This document shows positions 31,932 to 41,878 of a stretch of DNA of 64,000 bases, in pieces (positions within the stretch are counted from its first letter, which is position 1; every line of letters begins with the position of its first letter). A model generated the notes under the pieces. The model worked only from the letters and a program-made list of their open reading frames with translations, was not told the origin of the DNA and made no database searches. The translations under genes were made by a program, and so were the position numbers. This stretch comes from Andalucia godoyi And28. Lineage: Eukaryota > Protista > Jakobida. Location of the stretch: assembly GCA_009859145.1 (NCBI GenBank), contig VRVR01000021.1:195507-259506 (forward strand), given 5' to 3'.

Positions 31932-32180
31932 TTCATCAATTCGTGTAATTTAAAAATGAACAGGAAAAACGAAAACCAGAAAAGAGACGTGCTCACTCCT
32001 CTTCTCTCTGTCATTAAAAAAAAAAAATGAATTCTGTCATTGCTGCGCAGGCCTCTCGTTTCTTTTGAAAACAACGTTTGGTGCATTTTTCAGCTTTTCT
32101 TCTTTCGGTTCGTGAAAAGGGCGATAGAGGGGGAGAAGAAGGAGAAACGTCGAAGCTGGAGTGTGCTTTTACAACCACAA

Positions 32181-35100
32181 CTATTGAGGATTAGTGGACA
32201 ACGGAAGGGAAATTCGACGCGGTTCAGGGTTGGTAGGGGTTGGAATGGAGGGCCTGCGTTGTTCAGTGGTGGCGGTCACCACTCCAGGAGCATTGATCAA
32301 CGGCTTGGTGGAGACGTCAATGGACGAAGGCACACTCGACGCGCGCTCGCGCTCGGAACCAGAAGGAGCGAAGGCGGGCGCAGGCTGGGGTGGGAGTGGC
32401 ACCGGGTACACAGGACCCCCTGAGCTCGACGCGGGCAAAGAGAGACCGCTAGTAGCAGGAGTTGCGAGATCGGCCGTCACCGCAGATGAAGGATACCAAT
32501 TTGTTGTGGACGGCATGCCAACGGGAGCAGAATGTGCAGGTGACATCATGGTTGGGTTCGAGTGGATTGGAATGCTCTGCGCAACAGCTGTGGCGTTTTG
32601 CAATTTCTGTTCCATCTTTTGGACATGCGGTACTGGAGGGAGCCACTCCGGAACTGAGGAAGCCCCCGATGTCGTGCGAACTACACGAACAGAATTCTGG
32701 GTCTGAAGCGAATGCATCTCGTTGATCACATCTTCCACCCACAGACATCCACGGAGTCTCGCAAACTCCTTTCCCCACTGGCGAGAAACGTGCATGGAAT
32801 CCAGAACGGAACGCTCCGCATTCTCGCGCAGCCGCTCATACTGATCTTTGCGCTCGTACACTCTCATGCAACGATCAACACAGTTGATGAAGTCTGCAAC
32901 ACGATACCCCAAAAACAGGAAGCCGTTGCCACGTTCGGAGTCCACGTCAAACTCGGAAACAGTGTCCTTCAAACCGCCGGTGGCAAATGCAACAACAGGG
33001 GTCCCAGCTGCAAAATACTCTTGCTGTACTTGGCCTCCAGGCTCAAACAACGATGGCATCAGTCCAAAGTCTGAGCCGATGTTGACAAGAGGGCCATCGG
33101 CGAAGAACGCATCGGGATCGCACCAGAACTGGTTCGGAAATAGAGACCGAAGGGCACGCATCCGTGCCCCACAGCGAGCCGCATACGGATCCGTATAGTT
33201 CGCCTGTCCGCCGATGATGATCATCAGCTTTCCACTGTAAGTGTACATCAAATGCTCGACAGCATCCACGATGAGATGCACTCCTTTTTGCTCCGTGATT
33301 CTGCCGACAAAGGAGAACACGGGCACAGACGGCTCCGAACGTCCAAAATACTTCTTTTGGACAATTTCTTTGGCTGCCTCATGAGAGGGAGCAATCTTGG
33401 CCATCTGCGCACGACGCACAGCAACACGGATTCCGTTTGAATACGCAAAAGGACGGGCATACTTCCGGAGAACATACGCGTAGGATGACGACGACAGCAG
33501 ATCGTTGCGATACGACAGCGATACGGTTCCCCACTGATCACTCATTCTGAGCGCCGCCCGCGATGAGTCAATACACCTGATGTAGGGGTCCCACACCACA
33601 TCGTCCGGCAGCTGATGAATCCATCCAAAGTGATCATCCGCGGCATGCAAGTGGGCCTCTGGATAGATGCGACCCTGGTAGCCCTCTTCGAGATTGTGGA
33701 CGACATGCATCAGCGTGGCGCCGCGGAACGACGAGCCGTAATATCCGAGTTTGGTATACGCGGCTACCAACCCCGATGGCCAATCATGGGTGACGATTAC
33801 TGCGGGAAGAATGTGCTTCTGGCACAACGTCTCCAGAGCTGCGCGAGCCAGTAACACCACCGTTCGACACTGGTCCATTGCCCTCCCCGATCGGTAAGCG
33901 ACTGGAAAGATATCAGCATGGTGAAGGAAGTAATAATGCACATTGTTGCGGTGCACGTAGTGAAGCCCGACGTTGACGGTATCGAATCCAACGTTTGTCT
34001 GGATGATGCTGTCCAGGAAGATCCCGTCTTCTTTCAGGTAATCCGTCTTTCCGGCATTGTTCTTGTTGTAGTACGGACTTAGCACATGCACTTCCAGTCC
34101 CATAGAAGCGAGATCCTGGGCCAGTGCATCCACCATCACAGCAACACCGCCAATCTTGGACCATGGAGCGATTTCCGGAGTAACCATGACAATGGAACCA
34201 AGCTTGTTGCGCTCAAGCAGAGATCGACACACGTCAAATACAACGGTGTCGATGCCTTGCTTGTTCAGTGCTGCGGATCGAAGATACGACGCAACCACCA
34301 CTTCCTTTGCTGTTTCTTGCTGAACTGCGTGGAACAATACTCGGTGCAACACAGCGGGGAGCAAGTCCCGTTCCAACGGTGGAGTCAGGACGGATGCATA
34401 GCGCTTAATGAGATCGAAGAACTCGTCAGATCTGTTTCTGTCCTGCAGAGCCTTCAGAACATTCTTGTAAAAGTGGTGGCTTGGCAGCGCATGGTCCTGG
34501 CATTCCAAGCATCTGCGAAGGGATGATTCCACCACAAGTCGACGAGAAGACACAGTGTCCTGCATTGGCGACACAAGGAGACAAAGAGAGGAAGAGGGCG
34601 TTACCTGGAACGTAATCGGCTTCATATCGACACCGCTGAGTGCAACGATTTCCTCGCCATAGAAGTATTCGACCTTGCCCTTTGGTTCTACTCGGGAGAC
34701 GGAGTACATTTCATCCGATCGCACGACCGCAGATTTTGGAATCGACAACGGTACCCAGTGCGCATCCGACGGAGACATGTTCACGGCGCAGAAGCACATT
34801 TCTCCCGTTGCTCTAATCCATCGGATAAAACATGCTATCTGATGAGGATTCGGCGAAGGCACAAACTCAAGCTCCCCCTTCAGCAAAACATCGTAGCGTC
34901 TCCGCAAACTCGTTCGCGAAACAACGTATTCCTCTAAAAACTGCTGAGAAAAAGACACATTCATTCGATGCCGTCGACCAGTAGTGATGTCGACGGAAAA
35001 AGGAAAAGTATCCAGTTCGATGGACGAGGTGCAGGGAACCCAAGGCAGCAGATACATGAGATCCAGCATTGTCCACGGATGAGAGGAGTTCAGCGGCAGA

Positions 35101-37715
35101 ATCGACGAGTGAGTACGCTGCGTGAGATACGCGCTTCTGTTCTGGATCGGATACTTCGCAATCAATCGAGCAGCGAGGGGAGAACTTGGCTTCGAGAATG
35201 ACTGAGACAAAACCGGCAACGAATGAATCATCCTTTGCAGAGAGGGCGAACAAGGGATCACACCAGAAACGAGCAGTTCTGCATCCCGGTCCCAGTCAGT
35301 ATCCCCCAGGATCCAAAAATCTGGCTTCACAGCCCACAAAGCTCGGGCAACCTTCACGAAGAAAGGGTTCGGAAAGCCTTCATCCGTACAGGCGCGCGTC
35401 TCGAAAAAGCCAGCAACCGATCTGTTGGAGTAGTGCGGCTGCACAACGGTGCCAATCAAAATCTCGTGTCGGGACCAATGCAAGACACCGTCCGCATCCT
35501 TCCTGTACATCTCTTGCTTGTCCACCGGTTTGAGAAGTGGAGTCAGGTGCGCGTGGTCTATACGAAGACCGTCGATGTCCGCCTTGGCAATCCATTCCTT
35601 GAGTTCGTTCACGTACAGATTCCACGTGTCGAGATTACGGTAGTTCAAGAGCACCGAGTCCTGCCATTCAATGTCGCGACCGTCAATTGCATAATGGGGC
35701 ATAAGTCTCCCCGTATTGTCTGACGTATAAACAAGGGAGGGGAAGTATTTGCGATGTGCATTCTTGGCAGACACGCGAGTTGTTGTGCCGACGACCACTT
35801 TGATGCGGGATCCGTGGGCCGTTGACATCAGCTTTTGGAACTGCGTGATGCCACCTTTCGACGCTGACGGCACCGCTCTTTCGACTGGTGCATACGGATG
35901 GAAGTAGAATCGCTCCATGGCGCCAGTAAGGTGAACCGCTGTTACGCCTCGTTGGCGGTACGCGGAAATCTTGGACCCTACGTCAGCAAAGGTGCCAGCC
36001 TGGCGAATGCTCTCTTCAGTGCCATGTGCAGTATGAGAACCCCAGCGAGCGTTCTCGCAATCGACCCACACATCATGCATGACTTCCGTTCGGAGGTCTG
36101 GCTGGATCATGATGCGGCCTGCAGACACGGTGGCTGACCCAGAGCGTATGCGGTAATCCCACATTCCACAGCGCAGACCAGTTAAGAGAGGAAGCGCATA
36201 AAAATCCTGGCTACCGACAGACACCACGATAGGAATCGTCATTCGAGTAGGCTGAGTTCGACGGGGGGTTGGCACGGATATTTCCAAGTGCAGATCCGTT
36301 CTCCTCCATCCAGATGCTTCATCCAGAGACACAAAATCCGCGTTCTTCACAACATCCTTGTACGAAAACGACTCGTCGCGACCAACCCGTGCAACTGCCA
36401 CGCCCAAAAACGACGGAGCGTTCGCAATGCTGCCACTCGAATTTTGGAAAATCTTTGCTGAGATGGGTACGACAGCATTGAAATCGTCAACGCTGGAGTA
36501 CAGATCCCGCGGCCCTGTAAAGTATGCCGGATTGCCCTCCTGACGCGGGACCGGGCCGTTCACATCAAACGTACGGTACACAATGACCACAGCATCTCCG
36601 AGACGACACATCAACGGAACAAACGGGCCGCGATCTTGCAGCGACGGTGGCTGTTTTGGAGTCGTCTGCAACGGCATAAACGTGACGGAGGCGCTCTTTG
36701 GCGTGGACGGAGTGGAGGATGCTGCAGACTCCGAAGCGGCTGCATCTGCGGCAGTCGGCGTCAAGAGCCCGTCTGACTCTCGCGACAGCTGCCATGTATG
36801 GCCGTCGTAGACGGCATTGAGCAGTCTGATGGAATCATCAGCGATATCTTCTATATCAGATCCGTGGAGTGCAACAAGAAACCGCTCCAAGATCTGCACG
36901 TCTGCGCAGCGATGGTTGATGGACATGATCGCCAGCAACCTTGACTTCAGATCGGCGAACGTTCGACGAATCACTGTCTCGTCATTTGAGGTGAACGCCT
37001 CTAGATAGGACTCCTCCAGCTCTTCTGTAACAGAGTACTTCATCCTTTCTTGGAGCAGGCTCTGCAGACGGTCAACAGTCGCCTGAAACGATCCCAACAC
37101 ACGCGACTTCCAATGCTGAGCAATCAGATGCGGTGCAGACAGTGAGTCCTTTGCATCCTTTTGCGCGAATACCGAGACATACCGGTGGTACACCAAGGAA
37201 GAAAAGTAATGGTCCAGAGCACCCGCACATTGCAGAACAAAATTCACAAGCGAAACGTGCAATGCAGGCGAATCGGAACTGGCCTCTGCATTCGATTTTG
37301 AACCATCCGAAGAGAACGATACCTCGAAGGAAAGGTCGGAAGTGAACACGTGCTTCTCAGCTTCTCGGAAGGTAGCGAGAGCCGGGGCAAACCCAAGTTT
37401 CAGAATCGAAGCGTGGATCTTGACGACCGCGGCAACCAGCAGATTCCGCACATTGTCTGAGAGTGGGAGAAGCCCGTCTGCCTCCACAAGATGATCCGCA
37501 GCACTTGCAATCCGATCTCGGACCGATGGATACGTCTCAGCATTGATTTCATTCAAGAGCGCAAGAACATCAGGAGCAAGGCGAAGCACACACGACTGAC
37601 TTCCCGAAAGCGTCGTGGACTGTGATGCCAGCAGTTCAGAATTCTTCACGTCTGGTGTCAGATCCGATACGACCAAGTCCCAAAAAAGAGACTTTTGGGA
37701 AATATAAGTCGACAT
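32181..37715 (-). CDS. glycogen/starch synthase (GT5) fused to an N-terminal GH13-like domain (1844 aa)
   Basis: GT5 motifs VTPEIAPWSKIGG, VTHDWP, VVHNL, FVGRITEQKG, DFGLMPSLFEPGG. Upstream amylase-like GVTAVHL, AHGSRIKVVV, IDGLRIDHAH. Pro-rich tail. Start at MSTYISQ. Confidence 0.9.
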   Translation of the reverse strand: MSTYISQKSLFWDLVVSDLTPDVKNSELLASQSTTLSGSQSCVLRLAPDVLALLNEINAETYPSVRDRIASAADHLVEADGLLPLSDNVRNLLVAAVVKIHASILKLGFAPALATFREAEKHVFTSDLSFEVSFSSDGSKSNAEASSDSPALHVSLVNFVLQCAGALDHYFSSLVYHRYVSVFAQKDAKDSLSAPHLIAQHWKSRVLGSFQATVDRLQSLLQERMKYSVTEELEESYLEAFTSNDETVIRRTFADLKSRLLAIMSINHRCADVQILERFLVALHGSDIEDIADDSIRLLNAVYDGHTWQLSRESDGLLTPTAADAAASESAASSTPSTPKSASVTFMPLQTTPKQPPSLQDRGPFVPLMCRLGDAVVIVYRTFDVNGPVPRQEGNPAYFTGPRDLYSSVDDFNAVVPISAKIFQNSSGSIANAPSFLGVAVARVGRDESFSYKDVVKNADFVSLDEASGWRRTDLHLEISVPTPRRTQPTRMTIPIVVSVGSQDFYALPLLTGLRCGMWDYRIRSGSATVSAGRIMIQPDLRTEVMHDVWVDCENARWGSHTAHGTEESIRQAGTFADVGSKISAYRQRGVTAVHLTGAMERFYFHPYAPVERAVPSASKGGITQFQKLMSTAHGSRIKVVVGTTTRVSAKNAHRKYFPSLVYTSDNTGRLMPHYAIDGRDIEWQDSVLLNYRNLDTWNLYVNELKEWIAKADIDGLRIDHAHLTPLLKPVDKQEMYRKDADGVLHWSRHEILIGTVVQPHYSNRSVAGFFETRACTDEGFPNPFFVKVARALWAVKPDFWILGDTDWDRDAELLVSGVIPCSPSLQRMIHSLPVLSQSFSKPSSPLAARLIAKYPIQNRSAYLTQRTHSSILPLNSSHPWTMLDLMYLLPWVPCTSSIELDTFPFSVDITTGRRHRMNVSFSQQFLEEYVVSRTSLRRRYDVLLKGELEFVPSPNPHQIACFIRWIRATGEMCFCAVNMSPSDAHWVPLSIPKSAVVRSDEMYSVSRVEPKGKVEYFYGEEIVALSGVDMKPITFQVTPSSSLCLLVSPMQDTVSSRRLVVESSLRRCLECQDHALPSHHFYKNVLKALQDRNRSDEFFDLIKRYASVLTPPLERDLLPAVLHRVLFHAVQQETAKEVVVASYLRSAALNKQGIDTVVFDVCRSLLERNKLGSIVMVTPEIAPWSKIGGVAVMVDALAQDLASMGLEVHVLSPYYNKNNAGKTDYLKEDGIFLDSIIQTNVGFDTVNVGLHYVHRNNVHYYFLHHADIFPVAYRSGRAMDQCRTVVLLARAALETLCQKHILPAVIVTHDWPSGLVAAYTKLGYYGSSFRGATLMHVVHNLEEGYQGRIYPEAHLHAADDHFGWIHQLPDDVVWDPYIRCIDSSRAALRMSDQWGTVSLSYRNDLLSSSSYAYVLRKYARPFAYSNGIRVAVRRAQMAKIAPSHEAAKEIVQKKYFGRSEPSVPVFSFVGRITEQKGVHLIVDAVEHLMYTYSGKLMIIIGGQANYTDPYAARCGARMRALRSLFPNQFWCDPDAFFADGPLVNIGSDFGLMPSLFEPGGQVQQEYFAAGTPVVAFATGGLKDTVSEFDVDSERGNGFLFLGYRVADFINCVDRCMRVYERKDQYERLRENAERSVLDSMHVSRQWGKEFARLRGCLWVEDVINEMHSLQTQNSVRVVRTTSGASSVPEWLPPVPHVQKMEQKLQNATAVAQSIPIHSNPTMMSPAHSAPVGMPSTTNWYPSSAVTADLATPATSGLSLPASSSGGPVYPVPLPPQPAPAFAPSGSERERASSVPSSIDVSTKPLINAPGVVTATTEQRRPSIPTPTNPEPRRISLPLSTNPQ

Positions 37716-37726
37716 TTCACTTTCTC

Positions 37727-37792
37727 CTTTTCTTTTTCTTTTTCTTTTTCTTTTTCTTTTTCTTTTTCTTTTTCTTTTTCTTTTTCTTTTTC
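37727..37792. repeat. (TTTTTC)n hexamer repeat
   Basis: About 11 units just 5' of the glucan synthase ATG. They produce the spurious KRKRKR extension in the ORF track. Confidence 0.95.
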
Positions 37793-38202
37793 GATCAGCG
37801 AACTGCTGGGAAATAAAAACAATATTCTTGTATAAAGAAGTAATCAACTAATTAAATTTTTAAATATAAAAATAGAAGAAAACCAAAAGAAAAGAACAGC
37901 AAGCAAAGCAGGTTAAATAAATAGTCGTGCGGGAATTCGAACATCCTGCTGCAGAGTGCAAATAGGGAAAGCACCCATCGCCCACTTGAACTCAGCGGGG
38001 AATTTGTGTTTTCCTACGTATCTCCAAGTTGTGCCAAGTTGATGATGTGCACTTGATGCAAAGTGAATCGATATTGCCGGACTTTCCTAATTGTCAGTTT
38101 TTTTTTCCGTGAGTGTTTTTCTTCTTTCTTCTTTCATCATCTTCTTGGTTTTTTCTTCTTCTTGTTGCTGTTGTTGTTGCTGTTGTTGCTGAGAACATCG
38201 CG

Positions 38203-39591
38203 ATGTCGGTTCGAGAGTACGCTGTGGTGGCATTCCACTTGGTCGCACTGATGCTGTTGTGGCCTGTACTTGGAATTCTTTTCAGAGTTGTTCGGCTATT
38301 CTGCGTGTTCTTCTGGAGAAGGCCAAAGAAGAGCCGCGATGCTGCGATTTCGTATTTCCACCCGTTTGCACTGTCTGGAGGCGGTGGCGAACGTGTGTTG
38401 TGGCAGGCAGTCCGCGGCCATTTGGAATTCTCGGATAGCAATTTGGTCATTTATTCGTCACAGATCCCCGAGTCATTGGATCATCTTTCACGCAAGATTG
38501 GCTCGTCGTTTGGAATCCATTTGGATCCATCTGTTCTGCACAGACGACTGGCTTTTGTGCACCTTCCATTTTCAGCTTGCTTGGACCCGCAGTCGTTTCC
38601 AGTCGCAACCATGTTTTTCCAGCTGTTTGGGGCGGTCTGCGTTGCGTTTCATGCAGTTCTTCGCGATCCGTTTGTTCAAGTGTTTATCGACTCAACGGGG
38701 TGGGCTCCAACCCTCATGTTTGCCAAGGTCCTGACGGGCTGTCGCACCGGTGCCTATGTTCACTATCCGACAATTTCGGATGTGCATCTGGACGCTGCAA
38801 CGGGATTCCTGCGCAAACTGTACCTGGGTGCTCTGTTCCTGTTTTATCGATTTTGTGGATCATTTGTCGACTTTGCCGCTGCGAACTCATCGTGGACGAT
38901 GGCGCGCATGAAGAAGATATGGCCGTCGACAGCCATCAGCCTTGTATATCCTCCATGTCCTGTAGAGGCACTTTCGGCGATTGCGACGACCAGCAAACGC
39001 GAGCGTATCATTTTGTCCATTGGCCAGTTCAGACCAGAAAAGAATCACGCGCTGCAGCTTCAAGCGTTTGCAGAGGCCGTCGCAAATGGGTTGCATCAGG
39101 CAAGACTTGTGGTCATTGGGTCCACACGAAGCCCGGGCGATGAAGACAGGGTCGTGTCTCTGCAGACCCTTGCACGGGATCTCGGGATTTACCCCTCTCA
39201 AGTCGAGTTTCTGGTGAATGTTCCGTTTGCGACCATCAAGGAATTTCTTGGACGAGCTTTGGTGGGCGTCCACACAATGCAAGATGAACACTTTGGAATC
39301 TCGGTTGTCGAGTTCATGGCGGCAGGTGTGATCCCAGTCGCCCACCAGAGTGGCGGGCCGTTGGATGATATCGTCCTTGATAATGGAGAGAATGGTCTGC
39401 TGGCCAAGAACGCCCACGAGTTTGCCCACGCCTTTGTCAAGTTGCTTGAGCAGATGTCACCTTCGGAAGTGTCAAAGATGCGAGAAAGATCGCAACGGCG
39501 TGCACAAATGTTTTCATCGCGCGAGTTTGAGGAACAGTGGATTGGCTTACTCGTGCACAACAACGTTTTCCCAAGAAAGAAGGAGCACTGA
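38203..39591 (+). CDS. ALG11: GDP-Man alpha-1,2-mannosyltransferase ALG11
   Basis: YFHPFALSGGGGERVLW, IDSTGW, AYVHYPTIS, ANSSWT, SIGQFRPEKNH, TMQDEHFGISVVEFMAAG, HQSGGP. Confidence 0.95.
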   Translation: MSVREYAVVAFHLVALMLLWPVLGILFRVVRLFCVFFWRRPKKSRDAAISYFHPFALSGGGGERVLWQAVRGHLEFSDSNLVIYSSQIPESLDHLSRKIGSSFGIHLDPSVLHRRLAFVHLPFSACLDPQSFPVATMFFQLFGAVCVAFHAVLRDPFVQVFIDSTGWAPTLMFAKVLTGCRTGAYVHYPTISDVHLDAATGFLRKLYLGALFLFYRFCGSFVDFAAANSSWTMARMKKIWPSTAISLVYPPCPVEALSAIATTSKRERIILSIGQFRPEKNHALQLQAFAEAVANGLHQARLVVIGSTRSPGDEDRVVSLQTLARDLGIYPSQVEFLVNVPFATIKEFLGRALVGVHTMQDEHFGISVVEFMAAGVIPVAHQSGGPLDDIVLDNGENGLLAKNAHEFAHAFVKLLEQMSPSEVSKMRERSQRRAQMFSSREFEEQWIGLLVHNNVFPRKKEH

Positions 39592-39738
39592 CGGAAGAGC
39601 GGCGTTGTTTCAAGCCCAGTTCTAGCAATTTTTAGAGTTTTCATAATGGAAAGAGTCTGTACATAAATTCTTACAAACAAAATGTAATAAAAGAAAAGAA
39701 AAATCCAACTGCATAATTTCTTTCCATATTCTCTTTCA

Positions 39739-41373
39739 TCATGCACATACGTCAGTGGATTTCAGACGAGCGAACAGCGGTTGCGTCACGTTCATAGAAA
39801 GAATACGGTTCAATGAGTTGTCAATGGAAAAAGAAAACGGAAGACCGAAACGTACGTGTTGGGCAGATGATAAATCTTTTGCTGCCAGTGCGGAAATGCC
39901 CTTTTCTGCGGAAATCGGAATGATCGGGCTGAGCGCGATCATCGAGGCACGCAGGACCTCGAGTGAAACCAGCAGTGTTCTTGAAAAAAGAGCAAAGTCG
40001 CCACCAGGCTTCACAGTGTCCCACGGCCTGGCCGCAGAAAAATACGAGTTTCCAAGGCGCAGCAACTCTAGTATGTGTTCAATGACCTTGGATATTTCTC
40101 CATCGTCGTAGTACACATGAACGGTTTCTCGCAAGTTGTTGATCCTCGAGAAAATTTCCGTTTCCTGCGCAGACTGCGAAACAAAAGGATTTGCAAGTTT
40201 GAAGAACTGCTTCGCAAGCGCCTCCCGATCTGTCTTGGCCAGCAGTGCCAATGTGCGGGACAGCAAGTTTCCAAGAGTATCTGCCAAATCAACGTTGCAT
40301 TTCTGGAAGACGAGGTCCCGCAGGAAGTTTGAGTCTTGCGACAACGAGCTCTCTTTCATCATGAAATATCGGAAGCGGTCCATTCCGATTGAGTCGACGT
40401 ACTTGCATGGTTCAACAACATTGCCCAGCGATTTCGACATTTTCTTTCCATCCACCACCCAGTGCGCATGGCAAACAATTTTTTTTGGAAACGGAAGATC
40501 GGCAGCCAGAAGAAATGCAGGCCAGTACACCGCGTGAAACTTGAGAATATCCTTGCCAATGACTTGGTGCGTCGGAGGCCAGGAGTCCACAAACCTGGGC
40601 GATGGATACCCAGCAACGGTCAGATAGTTCGCCAGAGCGTCCAGCCAAACATAGATCACTTGCCGATCGTCATCGGACAGATCAGCGCTCTTGATATCAA
40701 ACGAACGGGACGGAACCGGAATGCCCCAGGGGACTCGTGCGACCGGTCTCGACACACTCAAATCCCCAATATCGGAATCCAGATACGCCAAGACCTCGTT
40801 TTTCCGAGACGCAGGCACAATCTGCATCTTTCCTGAATTGATGATCGACTTGATCTCGTCACGAAACGCAGAAAGCTTAAACATCCAATTTAGCTCGGAG
40901 ATGAGTTCGACTGGTCTTCCTGACAGCTTGGAGCATCTCGACCCGTCCTCCAAAACGATAGTGTCTTCCTCCTTTAGAAACTCTTCGTCGGATACTGAAT
41001 ACCACCCGGAATACGATCCGCGGTACAGATACCCCTTTGATTGCAAAATATCCCACAGTCGATGCACACTCTCAACGTGTCTGGATTCCGTAGTCCGGAT
41101 GAAATCATCCTGCGAGCAATCAAGCTGCAGCGCCAGAGACCGGAAGCAATTTGAATTGTGTGTGCAGAATTCCATGGTGGTCATATTCGCACTTTGAGCA
41201 GCCTCGTGCACCTTCTTGCCGTGCTCATCCGTGCCCGTTGCAAGCAGCACTCTTGCACCATTCAACCGGTGCCATCGCGCAATCACATCAGCAAGAACCA
41301 ACGAGTACGCATGCCCTAAATGCGGAGCTCCATTCACGTAGAAAATCGGAGTCGTCACAAACACCCGATTCAT
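39739..41373 (-). CDS. MARS2: methionyl-tRNA synthetase, bacterial/organellar type
   Basis: TTPIFYVNGAPHLGHAY, TGTDEHGKKV, YVWLDALANY, IGKDILKFHAVYWPAFL, KMSKSLGN. Confidence 0.9.
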   Translation of the reverse strand: MNRVFVTTPIFYVNGAPHLGHAYSLVLADVIARWHRLNGARVLLATGTDEHGKKVHEAAQSANMTTMEFCTHNSNCFRSLALQLDCSQDDFIRTTESRHVESVHRLWDILQSKGYLYRGSYSGWYSVSDEEFLKEEDTIVLEDGSRCSKLSGRPVELISELNWMFKLSAFRDEIKSIINSGKMQIVPASRKNEVLAYLDSDIGDLSVSRPVARVPWGIPVPSRSFDIKSADLSDDDRQVIYVWLDALANYLTVAGYPSPRFVDSWPPTHQVIGKDILKFHAVYWPAFLLAADLPFPKKIVCHAHWVVDGKKMSKSLGNVVEPCKYVDSIGMDRFRYFMMKESSLSQDSNFLRDLVFQKCNVDLADTLGNLLSRTLALLAKTDREALAKQFFKLANPFVSQSAQETEIFSRINNLRETVHVYYDDGEISKVIEHILELLRLGNSYFSAARPWDTVKPGGDFALFSRTLLVSLEVLRASMIALSPIIPISAEKGISALAAKDLSSAQHVRFGLPFSFSIDNSLNRILSMNVTQPLFARLKSTDVCA

Positions 41374-41878
41374 TCTTCTCTCGCCCCTATATGCTTCCCT
41401 TTTCCCCCTTTTCCCCCTCTTTTTGTTCTTCTTCTCTTCGCTCGAATGATTCCTATTTCCTAACGTAATCCAAAATGAACAGCAGCAAATCCTCAACTTC
41501 TCAATTCCTCCTCAACTTACTCGTGCTTTCCGCTCCGTTTCCTCGAATCCAAAAATAAGAAAAAAAACTTCGCTGGTCTTGCACGATAGAGCATGCAGAT
41601 TAAGTATGCCAGTCGAGCGTCCTTTGCTTGCCCCGACAACAACATAAAAAACCTCAGTTTCAGCTCTTTCCCCTTTCCCTCCTTTCAATATGCCCCGAGC
41701 TAGGTCATTGTTTCAGCATATTGTTTTTTTAAAGAATAGATATTAAACAATATATTTTTCTATTTTTGTTTTCTGAATCCGGTTTGAGATTGCGTGCGTG
41801 CGTGCGTGCGTGTGCGTGTGCGTGTGTGTCTGTCTGTCTTCGTTTGTGTTTGTGTTTGGGTGTGTGGAGCTTGTAATC

